64,000 nt of DNA from Acidobacteriota bacterium (lineage in GTDB: Bacteria; Acidobacteriota; Terriglobia; 2-12-FULL-54-10). The position numbers and the translations under genes are program-made. Positions 20,295 through 30,175 of the stretch are shown piece by piece. Below the pieces are notes generated by a model that searched no databases, was not told where the DNA came from, and was given only the letters and a program-made list of their open reading frames with translations. Location: the NCBI GenBank assembly GCA_009691245.1, contig SHUM01000009.1, positions 7,960-71,959 on the forward strand. Reading direction: 5' to 3'. Each line of letters opens with the position of its first letter. The stretch's first letter is position 1.

Positions 20295-20837
20295 CTAAAA
20301 AAGCCCGGGCAGGCCGTCGATGCTGACGGCATTGTGCTGTCGGCAATATTCAGCTACTCCATCTGCGCCCCGCTTCTCAGCGGCGGTCAGTAGTTGGTGG
20401 CGATGTGCTTCAAAGCGGAATAGCGGCACCGCAAAGCCGCAGGAGTCGGCGATGCGATCCAGCTCCACCCGAATGATCGACCGTGTGCCGGGGTATGCGG
20501 GGAATAGCGCCCGTAACCGCGGGAACTCGGAGTGAGCCTGGTCGGTGGACACACCCTTGCCATAAAGGCGGACGATCCGCGGTGGGCCGTCGAATGCACA
20601 AAGCATTATCGTAATGCGCCCGTTTTGGCGGAGATGCGCGACGGTCTCGATCCCGCTGCCGTAGAGGTCCAGGTAGGCCAGTGATTTTGGGCCGAGGATG
20701 CGCAGTGAGTCATGCCCTTTGGGTGAGACATTAATGTGTCCTTCAGTCCCAGTGGGGGCCGTCGCCACAAAGAACAATTTTTGCGCCTCGATAAACTGCT
20801 TCAGGTCGTCGCTCATTTCCGCGTGAGTCTTTCCCAT
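20295..20837 (-). CDS. pyridoxamine 5'-phosphate oxidase-like FMN-binding protein
   Basis: PNPOx-like split-barrel family (LFFVATAPTGTEGHINVSPKG...ITIMLCAF). Start placed at MGKTHAEM, which has a GAAGGAGA RBS. Confidence 0.7.
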   Translation of the reverse strand: MGKTHAEMSDDLKQFIEAQKLFFVATAPTGTEGHINVSPKGHDSLRILGPKSLAYLDLYGSGIETVAHLRQNGRITIMLCAFDGPPRIVRLYGKGVSTDQAHSEFPRLRALFPAYPGTRSIIRVELDRIADSCGFAVPLFRFEAHRHQLLTAAEKRGADGVAEYCRQHNAVSIDGLPGLF

Positions 20838-21053
20838 AGTTCTCCTTCGTTCGACATCACCTTGAACGGCAATCAATTTTGAATGCCGAGTAAGTTCTCA
20901 ACAGTATGATCCAGTCCAAGATTTTAGATCAACCCGGAATAGGGACTTTCGGTCCTAATTCACGAATCGTCCTATTGCAACCTGCAAAACTGTCGTAACC
21001 TTGATTTTGATTAATAGGATTGCTCATTCGTTGCACAGGGCGGTTACTGAGAG

Positions 21054-22247
21054 TTGCGTCCGCCGAAAGAGCGCCACCGTCGGAAAATAAACTTGCGCAT
21101 TCTACACATTGATACCGGCATGGGCTGGCGCGGCGGACAGCAGCAGGTTTTATGGCTGCTGGAGGGAGCGCAGGTTCGCAGCCTGGATCAAGTTCTCCTG
21201 GTTCCGGAGGGCTCGGAACTGGCCCGTCGGGCCGCGCCATTGCAGCGTGTCGGGCGCGATCTCTCGGGATTGGAGATGGTCCACCTGTCTTCCTCTTCCG
21301 GAAGAATCCTCTCGATCGATAATGCCAGACGAGTTCGAGAGGCGGCGCACGGGGTCGATCTGATCCACGCTCACGACGCGCACGCACACACCTTGGCGTG
21401 GGCCGCTCAAAAAATGACAAATGGGAAATTCCCGCCAGTCGTGGTTGCTCGGCGAGTGGCGTTTCCCATTCGTCTCCTGGGCCGCTGGAAGAATCGGCAG
21501 CCAGCCTGGTTCATTGCCGTCTCAGAATTCGTCCGAAGGCAGATAGTGGCATCGGGTATCCCACCCAGCCGCGCGCGCGTGATATACGATGGAGTCCGCG
21601 TTCCTTCAGAACTGCCGAGGCGAATTGAACGCCTGCAGCGGCGAAGGGAACTGGGCATTACAGACGACAATTTTGTGCTTGGTGCGCTATCCAGCCTCTC
21701 GCCAGAGAAGTTGTTGGACGAGACAGTGCAGCTTCTAAGTGTGATGCCGTCTAATGTTCGCTTTGTTCTGGGCATTCCCGCGTCTCAAGCGAGTTCTCCG
21801 GAAGCCGTGCGGATTAAACGGCTGGCCGAGGAGAGTGGGTGCGGTACCCGATATCAGTTGCTGGGAGTTGCATCCAATGCAGACAGACTGCTGCAATCCC
21901 TCGATGCCTTTGTATATTTGAGCAAGTCGGAAGGGCTGGGATCGGCCATCTTGCTGGCCATGGCGCATGGGCTGCCGGTAGTAGCAAGCCGCGTGGGCGG
22001 CATTCCGGAGATTGTCCAGCATCAGCGCACAGGACTGCTGGTGGACCCCGATGCGGATGGTTGGATCCGCCCGCTTGTCGCAGCTGTTGAGCGGCTTCAG
22101 GAGTCAGCCGAGATGCGTCATCGCTATGGCACATCGGGGCGGGAGTTCGTTCTGGAATATGCGACCAGTGATAAGATGGTGGCCCGGACCGTGACATTGT
22201 ACGAAGAAATTCTTGCTTGCGGCTTGGCAGAAAGCGGACAGGTTTGA
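21054..22247 (+). CDS. glycosyltransferase family 4 (GT4, group 1 glycosyltransferase)
   Basis: The N-terminus starts LRILHIDTGMGWRGGQQ. The C-terminal GT4 motif is EGLGSAILLAMAHGLPVVASRVGGIPEIV. Alternative TTG start at 21093 (MRILHIDTG). Confidence 0.8.
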   Translation: MRPPKERHRRKINLRILHIDTGMGWRGGQQQVLWLLEGAQVRSLDQVLLVPEGSELARRAAPLQRVGRDLSGLEMVHLSSSSGRILSIDNARRVREAAHGVDLIHAHDAHAHTLAWAAQKMTNGKFPPVVVARRVAFPIRLLGRWKNRQPAWFIAVSEFVRRQIVASGIPPSRARVIYDGVRVPSELPRRIERLQRRRELGITDDNFVLGALSSLSPEKLLDETVQLLSVMPSNVRFVLGIPASQASSPEAVRIKRLAEESGCGTRYQLLGVASNADRLLQSLDAFVYLSKSEGLGSAILLAMAHGLPVVASRVGGIPEIVQHQRTGLLVDPDADGWIRPLVAAVERLQESAEMRHRYGTSGREFVLEYATSDKMVARTVTLYEEILACGLAESGQV

Positions 22248-22249
22248 TC

Positions 22250-23074
22250 GTGATTCCCGCCCTCGCATTCCTCTACGGAGCCATCATTGGAAGCTTCCTT
22301 AATGTTTGCATCCTCCGGCTTCCGCAGGGTGAAAGCGTAGTCTCGCCTCGTTCGCGCTGTCCGCGCTGTAAGAACGCCATCGCTCCCTATGACAACATTC
22401 CAATCATCAGTTGGTTAATTCTTGGTGGCCGCTGCCGTGGTTGCCGGGAACCCATCTCGCCTCTTTATCCCATGGTGGAATTTGCCAGCGGTGTGCTGTT
22501 TTTTGTGGCTGTCCTGCGGTATGGACTATCGTGGGAATTTGCCAAGATGGCCGTGTTCAGCGCCCTTCTGGTGGTTCTTGTTATAACGGATTGGCGGGAG
22601 CGCATTCTTCCGGACAAGGTTAATTTCCCGGGGATAGCCATAGGGGTTCTATTCAGCCTGGTGGTGCCGGTAGGCGACGGTGCCGGAGCCTTTCTCGTTC
22701 GCATGTCAGGAATAGAGCGGTTGCCCGTTGCGGCTATCTCTTTGCTCGATGCGCTGCTCGGCGCACTGGCTGGCGGAGGGCTACTTTACCTGATCGGCGA
22801 ACTTTATTACCTGCTTCGGCATCAAGAGGGCATGGGGTTTGGCGACGTTAAAATGATGGCCATGGTAGGCATATTTCTCGGGCCGAAATTGACTTTATTC
22901 ACAATCTTCATGGCGTCAGTTATGGGAGCCTTGGCGGGCGGCCTGTTCTTGCTGGTTTCCCAAAAAGAGTCGAACTACGAACTGCCGTTCGGCACTTTTC
23001 TGGGATTTTCCGCATGGGTAGCCCCCTATTGGGGAATTCGTGTTCTGGATTGGTACCTTGGCCTCTTCCGCTAG
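22250..23074 (+). CDS. pilD: prepilin peptidase (type IV leader peptidase / N-methyltransferase, A24 family)
   Basis: GSFLNVCILRLP, Zn-binding CPRCKN...CRGCRE and C-terminal FGDVKMMAMVGIFLG. GTG start chosen 2 nt after the GT4 stop. An alternative ATG at 22217 overlaps the GT4 gene. Confidence 0.8.
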   Translation: MIPALAFLYGAIIGSFLNVCILRLPQGESVVSPRSRCPRCKNAIAPYDNIPIISWLILGGRCRGCREPISPLYPMVEFASGVLFFVAVLRYGLSWEFAKMAVFSALLVVLVITDWRERILPDKVNFPGIAIGVLFSLVVPVGDGAGAFLVRMSGIERLPVAAISLLDALLGALAGGGLLYLIGELYYLLRHQEGMGFGDVKMMAMVGIFLGPKLTLFTIFMASVMGALAGGLFLLVSQKESNYELPFGTFLGFSAWVAPYWGIRVLDWYLGLFR

Positions 23075-23212
23075 TCCATTGCTCCGCTCGATGTTCCGGA
23101 TTCGGTAATGTATAGGCAGTATCCTTGGACTCCGCCTATCTTGATTTACGCCGATTTCGGGGAGTACACTCGGCTTAGAAGAGTCTTTATCGGCAAAGGC
23201 TAGGAGGTATGC

Positions 23213-23761
23213 ATGATTACAAATACCAGTGGGACATTCCGAGTGGGGGCTGGGCTGGTCCTGTCCTGTATTTTATTGTCAATGACCGGGGACGCCCAAT
23301 CACTGGCTGAGCTATCCCGGCAAGTACGGGCCAAGAAGAAAGCCGCTGCCGCTAAAGAGTACACGAATGATAATATTCCAGCAATGATACTCGGCTCCAC
23401 GCCAGAGGGTGCCAGCGCAGATTCGGCCAAGCCCGGAGAGCCGCAGTCCGCCGCAACAGCAGAAAAGAAGCCCGAGGAGGTTGAAAAGGAGTATCGCGAT
23501 AAAGCCGCCAAGCTGAAGGAAGCTCTTGCTTACGAGGAGCGGCGTCTCGATGTTCTGCAGCGGGAGTTGAACCTTACGCAGCAGCAGTACTATTCCGATC
23601 CCAATGTCGCCTTGCGCGAACAGAATAGCCGCGCCGATATCAATAAGAGAACCGAAGAAATTAATCAGCAGAAAGTTGCTGTGGAGAAGGCGAAACAGGC
23701 ATTCGCCGATCTGGAAGAAGAATTGAAGACGAAGAATTTGCCAATTGGCTGGGCCCGCTAA
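23213..23761 (+). CDS. hypothetical secreted coiled-coil protein
   Basis: Signal peptide followed by a Lys/Glu-rich predicted coiled coil. AGGAGG RBS. No recognisable domain. Confidence 0.5.
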   Translation: MITNTSGTFRVGAGLVLSCILLSMTGDAQSLAELSRQVRAKKKAAAAKEYTNDNIPAMILGSTPEGASADSAKPGEPQSAATAEKKPEEVEKEYRDKAAKLKEALAYEERRLDVLQRELNLTQQQYYSDPNVALREQNSRADINKRTEEINQQKVAVEKAKQAFADLEEELKTKNLPIGWAR

Positions 23762-23858
23762 CGCTTCGATGCGTCGCGGCTTTTGATTACGCTCTGGCCC
23801 ATGCTATTAAAAGCGTGGGCCTTTTGTATTTCAGCGAAAATTCCCTTTCCTGCCTCGG

Positions 23859-24623
23859 CTACTTTGTTCCTCGATAAATGAAAGCCACGCCACCCGTTAG
23901 TTTGTGCTCCTGTACATCACGGAAGCTCGATTCGCGCATCCACTCCGTAAATATATGAGGGGCGGGGAAATGGTCCACGGAGCGGGGCAGGTAAGTGTAA
24001 GATTTTTTCGATCCGGATATCCAGCCGCCGACGCGCGGCAGCACATGATGAAAGTAAAAAGAGTAGAAGGGCTTCATGATCCCGCGTGGTTCGGAGAATT
24101 CGAGGATGCCCGCTTCGCCGCCCGGGCGCAGGACCCGATGTATCTCCTGTAAACCTGCGCGGTAGTTGACCAGATTGCGAAAGCCAAAAGAACAGACCAG
24201 CACGTCGAATGAATTATCGGCGAACGGGAGTTGCAAGGCGTCGGCCTCTGAGACCAATGGCGGCAAAGATCTCTGGCGCAGCTTGTCGCTGGCTCGCGTG
24301 ATCATGGGATGGGAGAAATCGCTGCAATAGATCGCCGCCGCTCCCTGAGCGGCCAGCGAAAGCGCCTGATCGCCAGTGCCGCAGCAGAGGTCCAGTGCTC
24401 GCATGTTCGGTTGCTTTATCCGGGCACGCAGCTGGCGTGAGAGTACGCGGCGCCAGTAACGATCCATCTGAAATGAGAGTAAATGGTTTAGTAGGTCATA
24501 GCGTCCCGCGATACCCGTGAACATCGCACGGACATATTGTGACGCGGCTTTCTCTTCGTTAATGCCGGTGGGTCTTGTCCCTGGGGCGGAGCTGGATGGA
24601 GGGGTGGCTTTGCTGCTCGTCAC
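23859..24623 (-). CDS. ubiE: demethylmenaquinone / ubiquinone biosynthesis C-methyltransferase UbiE/MenG
   Basis: SAM motif LDLCCGTGDQA, UbiE family blocks (YDLLNHLLSF, VLRPGGEAGILEFS). 4-nt overlap with aroB upstream. Confidence 0.85.
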   Translation of the reverse strand: MTSSKATPPSSSAPGTRPTGINEEKAASQYVRAMFTGIAGRYDLLNHLLSFQMDRYWRRVLSRQLRARIKQPNMRALDLCCGTGDQALSLAAQGAAAIYCSDFSHPMITRASDKLRQRSLPPLVSEADALQLPFADNSFDVLVCSFGFRNLVNYRAGLQEIHRVLRPGGEAGILEFSEPRGIMKPFYSFYFHHVLPRVGGWISGSKKSYTYLPRSVDHFPAPHIFTEWMRESSFRDVQEHKLTGGVAFIYRGTK

Positions 24624-25816
24624 TTGCCAGTCCTTTTGCGCTGCTTCGCTCCCGTGGCCGAAGTAACTTCTTTCGATCCGCGTGGAGGAGGCTGGACCGT
24701 CTCGAACGGCGCGGTTGCCATAATGGATTCCAGCGCGTGGATCGCTTTGCTGGCGGCGATTCCGCCCACCACCACGACTTCACCGATGCCGCGCGGCAAG
24801 ACGAAGTGAATTTTCCCGTCGCGGACTTTTTTATCCACTCCGAGGCTGCGTTCAATCGCTTCCATCGAGATACGGCCAAGCGAAGGAACCGGTCCGTAGG
24901 ACGTAATCAACGCGGAGATGCGCTTGGCTGCGGATTCCGATAGTAGCTTTTCATCCACGGCCAACTTCGTGGCCGCCAGCATTCCCCAACCTACGGCTTC
25001 GCCGTGCAAGAATCGCTTATAGCCGGTGGCCGCTTCGATGGCATGCCCGACCGTGTGCCCGAAATTCAGGACGCGGCGCAGGTCGCCCTCTTTTTCATCC
25101 TGGCTGACGATGCGGCCTTTGAACCCAGCGCAGGCGTGAATCACATGGCGCAGCGCGGCGGGATTGCCGCCCATCACGCTCACCCGCGCGACCTGCAGGA
25201 ATTCAAATAAGGCAGGATCGCCGATCACGGCGGTCTTCACTGCCTCAAATAAACCGGCGCGCAGTTCGCGCTCGGGTAGTGTTTTCAAAACCAGCGGATC
25301 ACAAAGGACCATTTTAGGTTGGTAGAAAGTGCCGACGAGATTCTTGCCGATTTCGAGATTCGCCCCCGTCTTGCCGCCGATGGAGCTATCGACCATGGCT
25401 AACATGGTGGTGGGAATCTGTACGCAGTCGATGCCACGCAGATAGATCGACGCGGCGAAGCCGCCCATGTCGCCGGCCACGCCGCCGCCGAAGGCGAGCA
25501 GCAGGCTGGAGCGCTCCGCGCCTAGCGCGGCAAGCTGTTCGAGAATCTTCTCTACCGTGGACAGCCGCTTGTGTCGCTCTCCAGAAGGGATGCGGATCAC
25601 GCCCGGCTCCAGCGGTTTCAGGCCGTTCAGCAGCGTCTTGCCCCACAACTGCCAAACAGTTTCATCGGCCAGTATGAATATTTTCCGGCGTTGTGCCAGC
25701 GTCCCCAGGGCAACGCCGACGCGGCTTATCAAGCCTTCTTCAATGCGAATGGTGTAGGAGGCTCCCGGCACATGGACGGATATCTGCGAGGAGGCCGATG
25801 AAATTTCGTGGTTCAT
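24620..25816 (-). CDS. aroB: 3-dehydroquinate synthase
   Basis: The NAD-binding GGGVAGDMGGFAA block and the DSSIGGKTGANL and HTVGHAIE blocks are typical AroB. There is a basic C-terminal extension. Confidence 0.9.
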   Translation of the reverse strand: MNHEISSASSQISVHVPGASYTIRIEEGLISRVGVALGTLAQRRKIFILADETVWQLWGKTLLNGLKPLEPGVIRIPSGERHKRLSTVEKILEQLAALGAERSSLLLAFGGGVAGDMGGFAASIYLRGIDCVQIPTTMLAMVDSSIGGKTGANLEIGKNLVGTFYQPKMVLCDPLVLKTLPERELRAGLFEAVKTAVIGDPALFEFLQVARVSVMGGNPAALRHVIHACAGFKGRIVSQDEKEGDLRRVLNFGHTVGHAIEAATGYKRFLHGEAVGWGMLAATKLAVDEKLLSESAAKRISALITSYGPVPSLGRISMEAIERSLGVDKKVRDGKIHFVLPRGIGEVVVVGGIAASKAIHALESIMATAPFETVQPPPRGSKEVTSATGAKQRKRTGK

Positions 25817-25873
25817 TTGATTATTATCGCATGGGATGAGGGTGCGAATAGCCGGGCAGATCGAAGGCGGGAA

Positions 25874-26821
25874 TTACTTTTTCACATCAAGAGTAGTCAG
25901 GGTGTCCAACACCACCTCGCCGACCACCTGCAGGCTGCGCGGGCTGAGTTTGTCGAGCGCATCCTTCTCAGTGTGCCAGTAAGCATTGTTGGGGCCATAG
26001 CTGAAGTCGATCAGATCAACGGAGGGGACGCCGATATCCAGGAACGGCTGGTGATCATCTTCAATAGGAAATTTGTTTTGCGTAAAGTGCTTCGAGTGGC
26101 CAAGGCTCTTGGCGGTTGCCCAGACATGATCACTCAGCCAGCCCGTGGAACTGGACTCCTTGACTATGTCGAGGTCGGCGTCGCCGATCAAATCCAGAAG
26201 GATAAATGCGCCGATGCGCTTGGCCGTGCCGTCGGCCTTCCAGCGCGCCGCTAGATGGCGGCTGCCAACCAGCGCTTCGTCCTCGTCCCAATCCCAGGGG
26301 ATGGACTCTTCGCCATCGAAGAATACCAGGCGGACCTCGTGGCTGAAAGATTTTCTGGCCAACAACGGCGCCAGCGCCAGCAGCAGGCCGCTGCTCGATC
26401 CGCCGTCATTGGCGCCCACGAATGAGAAGTCCTTCGTGCGTTTGGTGTCGTAGTGCGAGGCGATGACGAATATCCGATCCGTGCGACCGGGGATGCGGCC
26501 AATGATGTTGTTCATGGGCAGTGGACCGATTGATGAATCGGCGGTGAAGGAATTGCTCTCGACCGCCACGCCAGCGGACTTCAAGCTGGAGATGATGTAC
26601 TGCTGCATCTGCTGGTGGGCGTCGGAGCCAGAGGGTCGCGGCCCGAAGCCGACCAGCTTTTCCGTGTGCGCCATGGCCGACTTGCCGAGGGTGTCATTCT
26701 GCGCCACCGACAACGCGCCCCAACCGACTAACACGGCAATCCCCGCAGCGGCAACCATCCAGGCGATTTGCCTGAAGAAATGATTGTTCCTGGACCTGGG
26801 GGGCTGTGATTTACGGGTCAT
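25874..26821 (-). CDS. M28 family zinc peptidase (aminopeptidase/glutaminyl cyclase-like), secreted
   Basis: N-terminal TM/signal, Zn-ligand blocks (IASHYD, NDGGSS, FFDGEE, LDLIGD, HTEKD). Confidence 0.8.
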   Translation of the reverse strand: MTRKSQPPRSRNNHFFRQIAWMVAAAGIAVLVGWGALSVAQNDTLGKSAMAHTEKLVGFGPRPSGSDAHQQMQQYIISSLKSAGVAVESNSFTADSSIGPLPMNNIIGRIPGRTDRIFVIASHYDTKRTKDFSFVGANDGGSSSGLLLALAPLLARKSFSHEVRLVFFDGEESIPWDWDEDEALVGSRHLAARWKADGTAKRIGAFILLDLIGDADLDIVKESSSTGWLSDHVWATAKSLGHSKHFTQNKFPIEDDHQPFLDIGVPSVDLIDFSYGPNNAYWHTEKDALDKLSPRSLQVVGEVVLDTLTTLDVKK

Positions 26822-26824
26822 GCT

Positions 26825-27841
26825 CTAACTCATTTCCTCGCGTTGTTTGCGCAGCCGGACGACGATGTAGGACATTCCGATGCCCAGGAAGTATAGCCCT
26901 GTCAGCGGCGCCGCGAAGAGCATCATTGTCGGCACATCTGGGGTGGGTGTAATGATCGCGGATACCAGGAAGATCAGCAACAGGGCGTAGCGGAAATTGC
27001 GCAATAGAAAACCCGGCGTAACCACTCGAAGCAGCGTGAGAAAAAGGATTAGCATCGGCAGCTCGAAGACTAGCGCCAAGCCGAGAATAATCATGATGGC
27101 CAGGCTGAAGTATTCGTTTACTGTAATCATGGCTTGGAACTGCTTGGAAAAATCCAACAGGAAGTACAGCGTTGATGGAAACGCGATGTAGTATGCGAAG
27201 GCCGCGCCGGCAACGAACAGACCTGTGCAGAGAAAGATGAACGGGAATACGTAGCGCCGCTCTTTGGGATAAAGTCCTGGAGCGATGAATCCCCAAACCT
27301 GATAAAGCAAGAATGGGGAAGCCAGGAACAGTCCCATGAAAAATGCCAATTGCACGTATAGCGTGAAGACCCCGGTGGGATTGGTGTATACGAGCTTATC
27401 GGGCATGCCTAGGTCACGCATGGTGGAGGTAATGGGCCAGGCGAGCGCGGCATAGATTTCATTGCGGAATGTCCAACTGATGAAGAATCCCACGACTACA
27501 GCGATTACAGAATAGATGATGCGGCTGCGCAACTCCTCGAGGTGGCCAAGGAAGGTCATTTTGCCCGGCTCTTCGGGTTCGCTACCGGACTCCCCCCTGT
27601 CATTTCCTGAGCCGTCTCCACGCCCGCCGCTGCCATGCACCAGAGCGCCGTTGCTGCCGGAGGACTCCTCCAGCACATGGGCCTCGGCGTCCCAGCCTTC
27701 GAATTCCTGTTCAACGGCCTGCTCGGTGACAGCGGACGAGGGCTCTCCCACCAACGAACCAGAGTTCGCCTCGCTGCTGGGAGTACTGCAATCTGGATCA
27801 GGATTTAACGGGGTGTTGGACGAGCCATCCAATGTCGGCAT
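26825..27841 (-). CDS. tatC: twin-arginine translocase subunit TatC (with about 95-aa acidic, low-complexity N-terminal extension)
   Basis: The conserved TatC core starts at MTFLGHLEELRSRIIY (Met at 27559). Start chosen at the Met at 27841 because of a GGAGaatcgATG RBS and a 14-nt gap after tatA. The ORF track extends to 27895. Confidence 0.8.
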   Translation of the reverse strand: MPTLDGSSNTPLNPDPDCSTPSSEANSGSLVGEPSSAVTEQAVEQEFEGWDAEAHVLEESSGSNGALVHGSGGRGDGSGNDRGESGSEPEEPGKMTFLGHLEELRSRIIYSVIAVVVGFFISWTFRNEIYAALAWPITSTMRDLGMPDKLVYTNPTGVFTLYVQLAFFMGLFLASPFLLYQVWGFIAPGLYPKERRYVFPFIFLCTGLFVAGAAFAYYIAFPSTLYFLLDFSKQFQAMITVNEYFSLAIMIILGLALVFELPMLILFLTLLRVVTPGFLLRNFRYALLLIFLVSAIITPTPDVPTMMLFAAPLTGLYFLGIGMSYIVVRLRKQREEMS

Positions 27842-27854
27842 CGATTCTCCGGCA

Positions 27855-28133
27855 CTAGACCTTGGGAACTTCTTCTGCGGCGGCGGTAAGGGCATTTCCT
27901 GCGGACGTCGCTGCCTGCTTCACATCCTCAATGGCTGACTTGATGGACTGCTGCGGAATTTCAGCGCTCTCTATCTCGCGTTCGATGGTGTTCTTCAGGT
28001 CAGAGGAGGCGCGGCGGAACTCCGATATGCCCTTGCCCAGGGACTTGCCCAACTCCGGCAAGCGCTTTGGCCCAAAAATGAGCAGGGCCACCACGAAAAT
28101 CACAATCATCTCTGGGAATCCGATATTGCCCAT
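27855..28133 (-). CDS. tatA: twin-arginine translocase subunit TatA/E
   Basis: [36 protein letters not shown] is a canonical TatA TM helix plus amphipathic helix. GAGAGGA RBS. Confidence 0.85.
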   Translation of the reverse strand: MGNIGFPEMIVIFVVALLIFGPKRLPELGKSLGKGISEFRRASSDLKNTIEREIESAEIPQQSIKSAIEDVKQAATSAGNALTAAAEEVPKV

Positions 28134-28395
28134 GGCCAAAATCCTCTCTTGCTGATGCCACACTAATGGAGAGTATACCCCCCCTATCGTGGCGATTCAA
28201 GCGGTGCAACCCAGAAAGAACCCTCTGTTGCAGGAAACCTTTGGTTGCCAGTCCTGCATCTAGTGATATGTGTGCAGTTGCTCGGGAGCAAAGAGTGCCC
28301 AGGGATTGGACACAGTGTGAGGCAAGGTCGGCTCAACTTAAGTCATATTGGTTTGAGTGTCGCCGACCCACCTAAAAACTTCAAAAGAATGTCCG

Positions 28396-28404
28396 TGCTA
28401 TAAT
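28396..28404 (+). promoter_or_regulatory. extended -10 promoter element (TGcTATAAT) upstream of htrA
   Basis: Perfect TATAAT with an upstream TG, about 110 nt before the htrA start. No strong -35. Confidence 0.3.
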
Positions 28405-28475
28405 CTGGCGAAGTTTCGATAAGCCAGTAGCGGCCCCAATGCGGCAGATATATGCTTGGCATGGGGACCGGGGTT

Positions 28476-28485
28476 CCCCCCCCCC
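28476..28485. repeat. homopolymeric C10 tract in the htrA 5' leader
   Basis: GGGGACCGGGGTT-CCCCCCCCCC-GCAAG lies between the putative promoter and the htrA RBS. Confidence 0.6.
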
Positions 28486-28513
28486 GCAAGCGCCACGGAC
28501 CGGAGGCATTTAT

Positions 28514-30085
28514 ATGGAAAATGAAGTACCAGTTCAGGTTGTAATGAGAGGCCGTCGCGCCCTGCCCACCTTGGCTATTGGAATTACCTTGGCCATCGGC
28601 ATATTGGTCGGCACGCTAGTCTCGCGCGGCGTGCGGGCGGCGCAGAAGTCTTCTGGTGGCACCGACGCGGCTCAGATTGAGTTGCCTTCGCCCGTTCAGT
28701 TGTCCACTGTTTTCTCGAAAATATCCAAGGAAATCGCGCCAGCAGTGGTTAACATCAACACCGAATCGTCGCTGCGGACGACCAGCCAGCGGGGCGGTCA
28801 GTCTCCTTTCGGCCAGCAGGGTCCGCAGGGGGGCGATCAGCAGGATATGTTCGAGCGGTTCTTCAATTTCGGTCCTTTTGGAGCTGAGCCGCCCGACATG
28901 AAACAGCGCAGCTTGGGCTCAGGTGTGATCATTGATCCCAAGGGCTACATCATGACGAATCACCATGTGGTGAACAAGGCGGACAAGATCAAGGTGAAGA
29001 TTCTTGACGATCCCAAGGTCTATGACGCGAAGATTGTTGGATCGGATCAGGAAACCGACATTGCTGTTATCAAGATCGAGGCCGACAGGCCCTTGAAGTT
29101 CGCCAAGGTTGGAAACTCCAACGGCATGAACGTCGGCGATTGGGTCCTTGCCATCGGCAGCCCATTCGGTCTGGATGAGACCGTTACCGCCGGCATCGTC
29201 AGCGCCAAAGGCCGCGATATCGGCTCCAGTCAGTTCCAGAAGTTCATTCAAACCGATGCGGCTATTAACCCCGGCAACAGCGGTGGACCACTTGTGAATA
29301 TGGCCGGCGAAGTCATCGGCATCAACACCGCCATCGCCACCGGTACGGGCAGCTATGCGGGCGTGGGATTCGCGCAGCCTTCGAACGTGGCCATCACGGT
29401 CTACAATCAAATCGTGAAGAGCGGTAAAGTAACGCGCGGCTCTCTCGGTGTTTCCTTCCAGAGCAACGACCAGAGCCCTGTGCTGCTGCGTTCGCTGGGA
29501 GCTTCCCACGGCGTAGTGGTTACCATGGTGCAGCCGGGTGGGCCTGCGGAAAAGGCCGGGATGAAGCAAGGCGACGTCATCCTCTCCATTGGAGGACATG
29601 ATGTGAAGGATGGCGATGACCTTGTTGCCACCGTTGCCGATACACCCGTGGGCGAGTCTGTGAATGTTCAGATCATGCGCGATCGCAAGGAGCAAACTCT
29701 GAAGGTTGCGATCGGGGATCGCGTGAAAGTCTTTGCGGACCGGCTCGGCACTGGCGAAGCGGAAGGCGCAAGCAGTGAGGAAGGCGCGCCGGCGAAATTC
29801 GGCATTTCCATCCAGAACTTGACGCCGGAGACCGCTGGCCGCATGGGCCTCGGCGACGCCAAGGGCGTGCTGGTAACCGTCGTGGAGCCGGACAGCTTCG
29901 CCGACGAGGTGGGCCTGTTACGTGGCGACGTGATCCTGTCCGTCAACCATCAGGATGTGAACAAGGTGGACGACCTTCTTAACATCCAGAAGTCCCTGGG
30001 CGCGAAGGCGGATGTAGTGTTCCTGATCAAACGGGTTGCCGGAGGGCAGGCCAGCACCCATTATTTGGCTGGAACCCTGCCGTAA
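28514..30085 (+). CDS. htrA: periplasmic serine endoprotease DegP/HtrA (trypsin-like domain + 2 PDZ)
   Basis: His-Asp-Ser triad context (TNHHVV, DIAVIKI, GNSGGPLVN) and two PDZ domains. Start at MENEVP with a GGAGG RBS; it is internal to ORF 28439..30085. Confidence 0.9.
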   Translation: MENEVPVQVVMRGRRALPTLAIGITLAIGILVGTLVSRGVRAAQKSSGGTDAAQIELPSPVQLSTVFSKISKEIAPAVVNINTESSLRTTSQRGGQSPFGQQGPQGGDQQDMFERFFNFGPFGAEPPDMKQRSLGSGVIIDPKGYIMTNHHVVNKADKIKVKILDDPKVYDAKIVGSDQETDIAVIKIEADRPLKFAKVGNSNGMNVGDWVLAIGSPFGLDETVTAGIVSAKGRDIGSSQFQKFIQTDAAINPGNSGGPLVNMAGEVIGINTAIATGTGSYAGVGFAQPSNVAITVYNQIVKSGKVTRGSLGVSFQSNDQSPVLLRSLGASHGVVVTMVQPGGPAEKAGMKQGDVILSIGGHDVKDGDDLVATVADTPVGESVNVQIMRDRKEQTLKVAIGDRVKVFADRLGTGEAEGASSEEGAPAKFGISIQNLTPETAGRMGLGDAKGVLVTVVEPDSFADEVGLLRGDVILSVNHQDVNKVDDLLNIQKSLGAKADVVFLIKRVAGGQASTHYLAGTLP

Positions 30086-30118
30086 ACCCGTAACCAAATT
30101 CGTGCCGGAATCGATTCC

Positions 30119-30160
30119 GGGCAGAGAGGACTTCCTTTCTGCCCGGATTTGTTTTATTCT
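30119..30160 (+). terminator. rho-independent terminator after htrA
   Basis: GGGCAGAGAGGACTTCCTTTCTGCCC hairpin followed by GGATTTGTTTTATTCT. It is preceded by a second small palindrome CCGGAATCGATTCCGG. Confidence 0.55.
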
Positions 30161-30175
30161 CGCCATCGAGGTGCC

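Noticed and set aside
20255-20300. possible bidirectional terminator (GCCCGGGC palindrome + A6/T6) between the NtrC-like gene and the PNPOx-like gene
   Set aside because: The stem is only about 4 bp and the more stable nearby hairpin lies inside the coding region. Too weak to call.
20929-21420. 163-aa minus-strand ORF
   Set aside because: It overlaps the 5' part of the GT4 glycosyltransferase gene on the opposite strand and has no domain signal.
28230-28250. weak sigma54-like motif TGGttgccagtccTGCA upstream of htrA
   Set aside because: The -24 element is poor (TGGTTG) and it is about 270 nt from the start codon. An extended -10 promoter closer to the gene is a simpler explanation.
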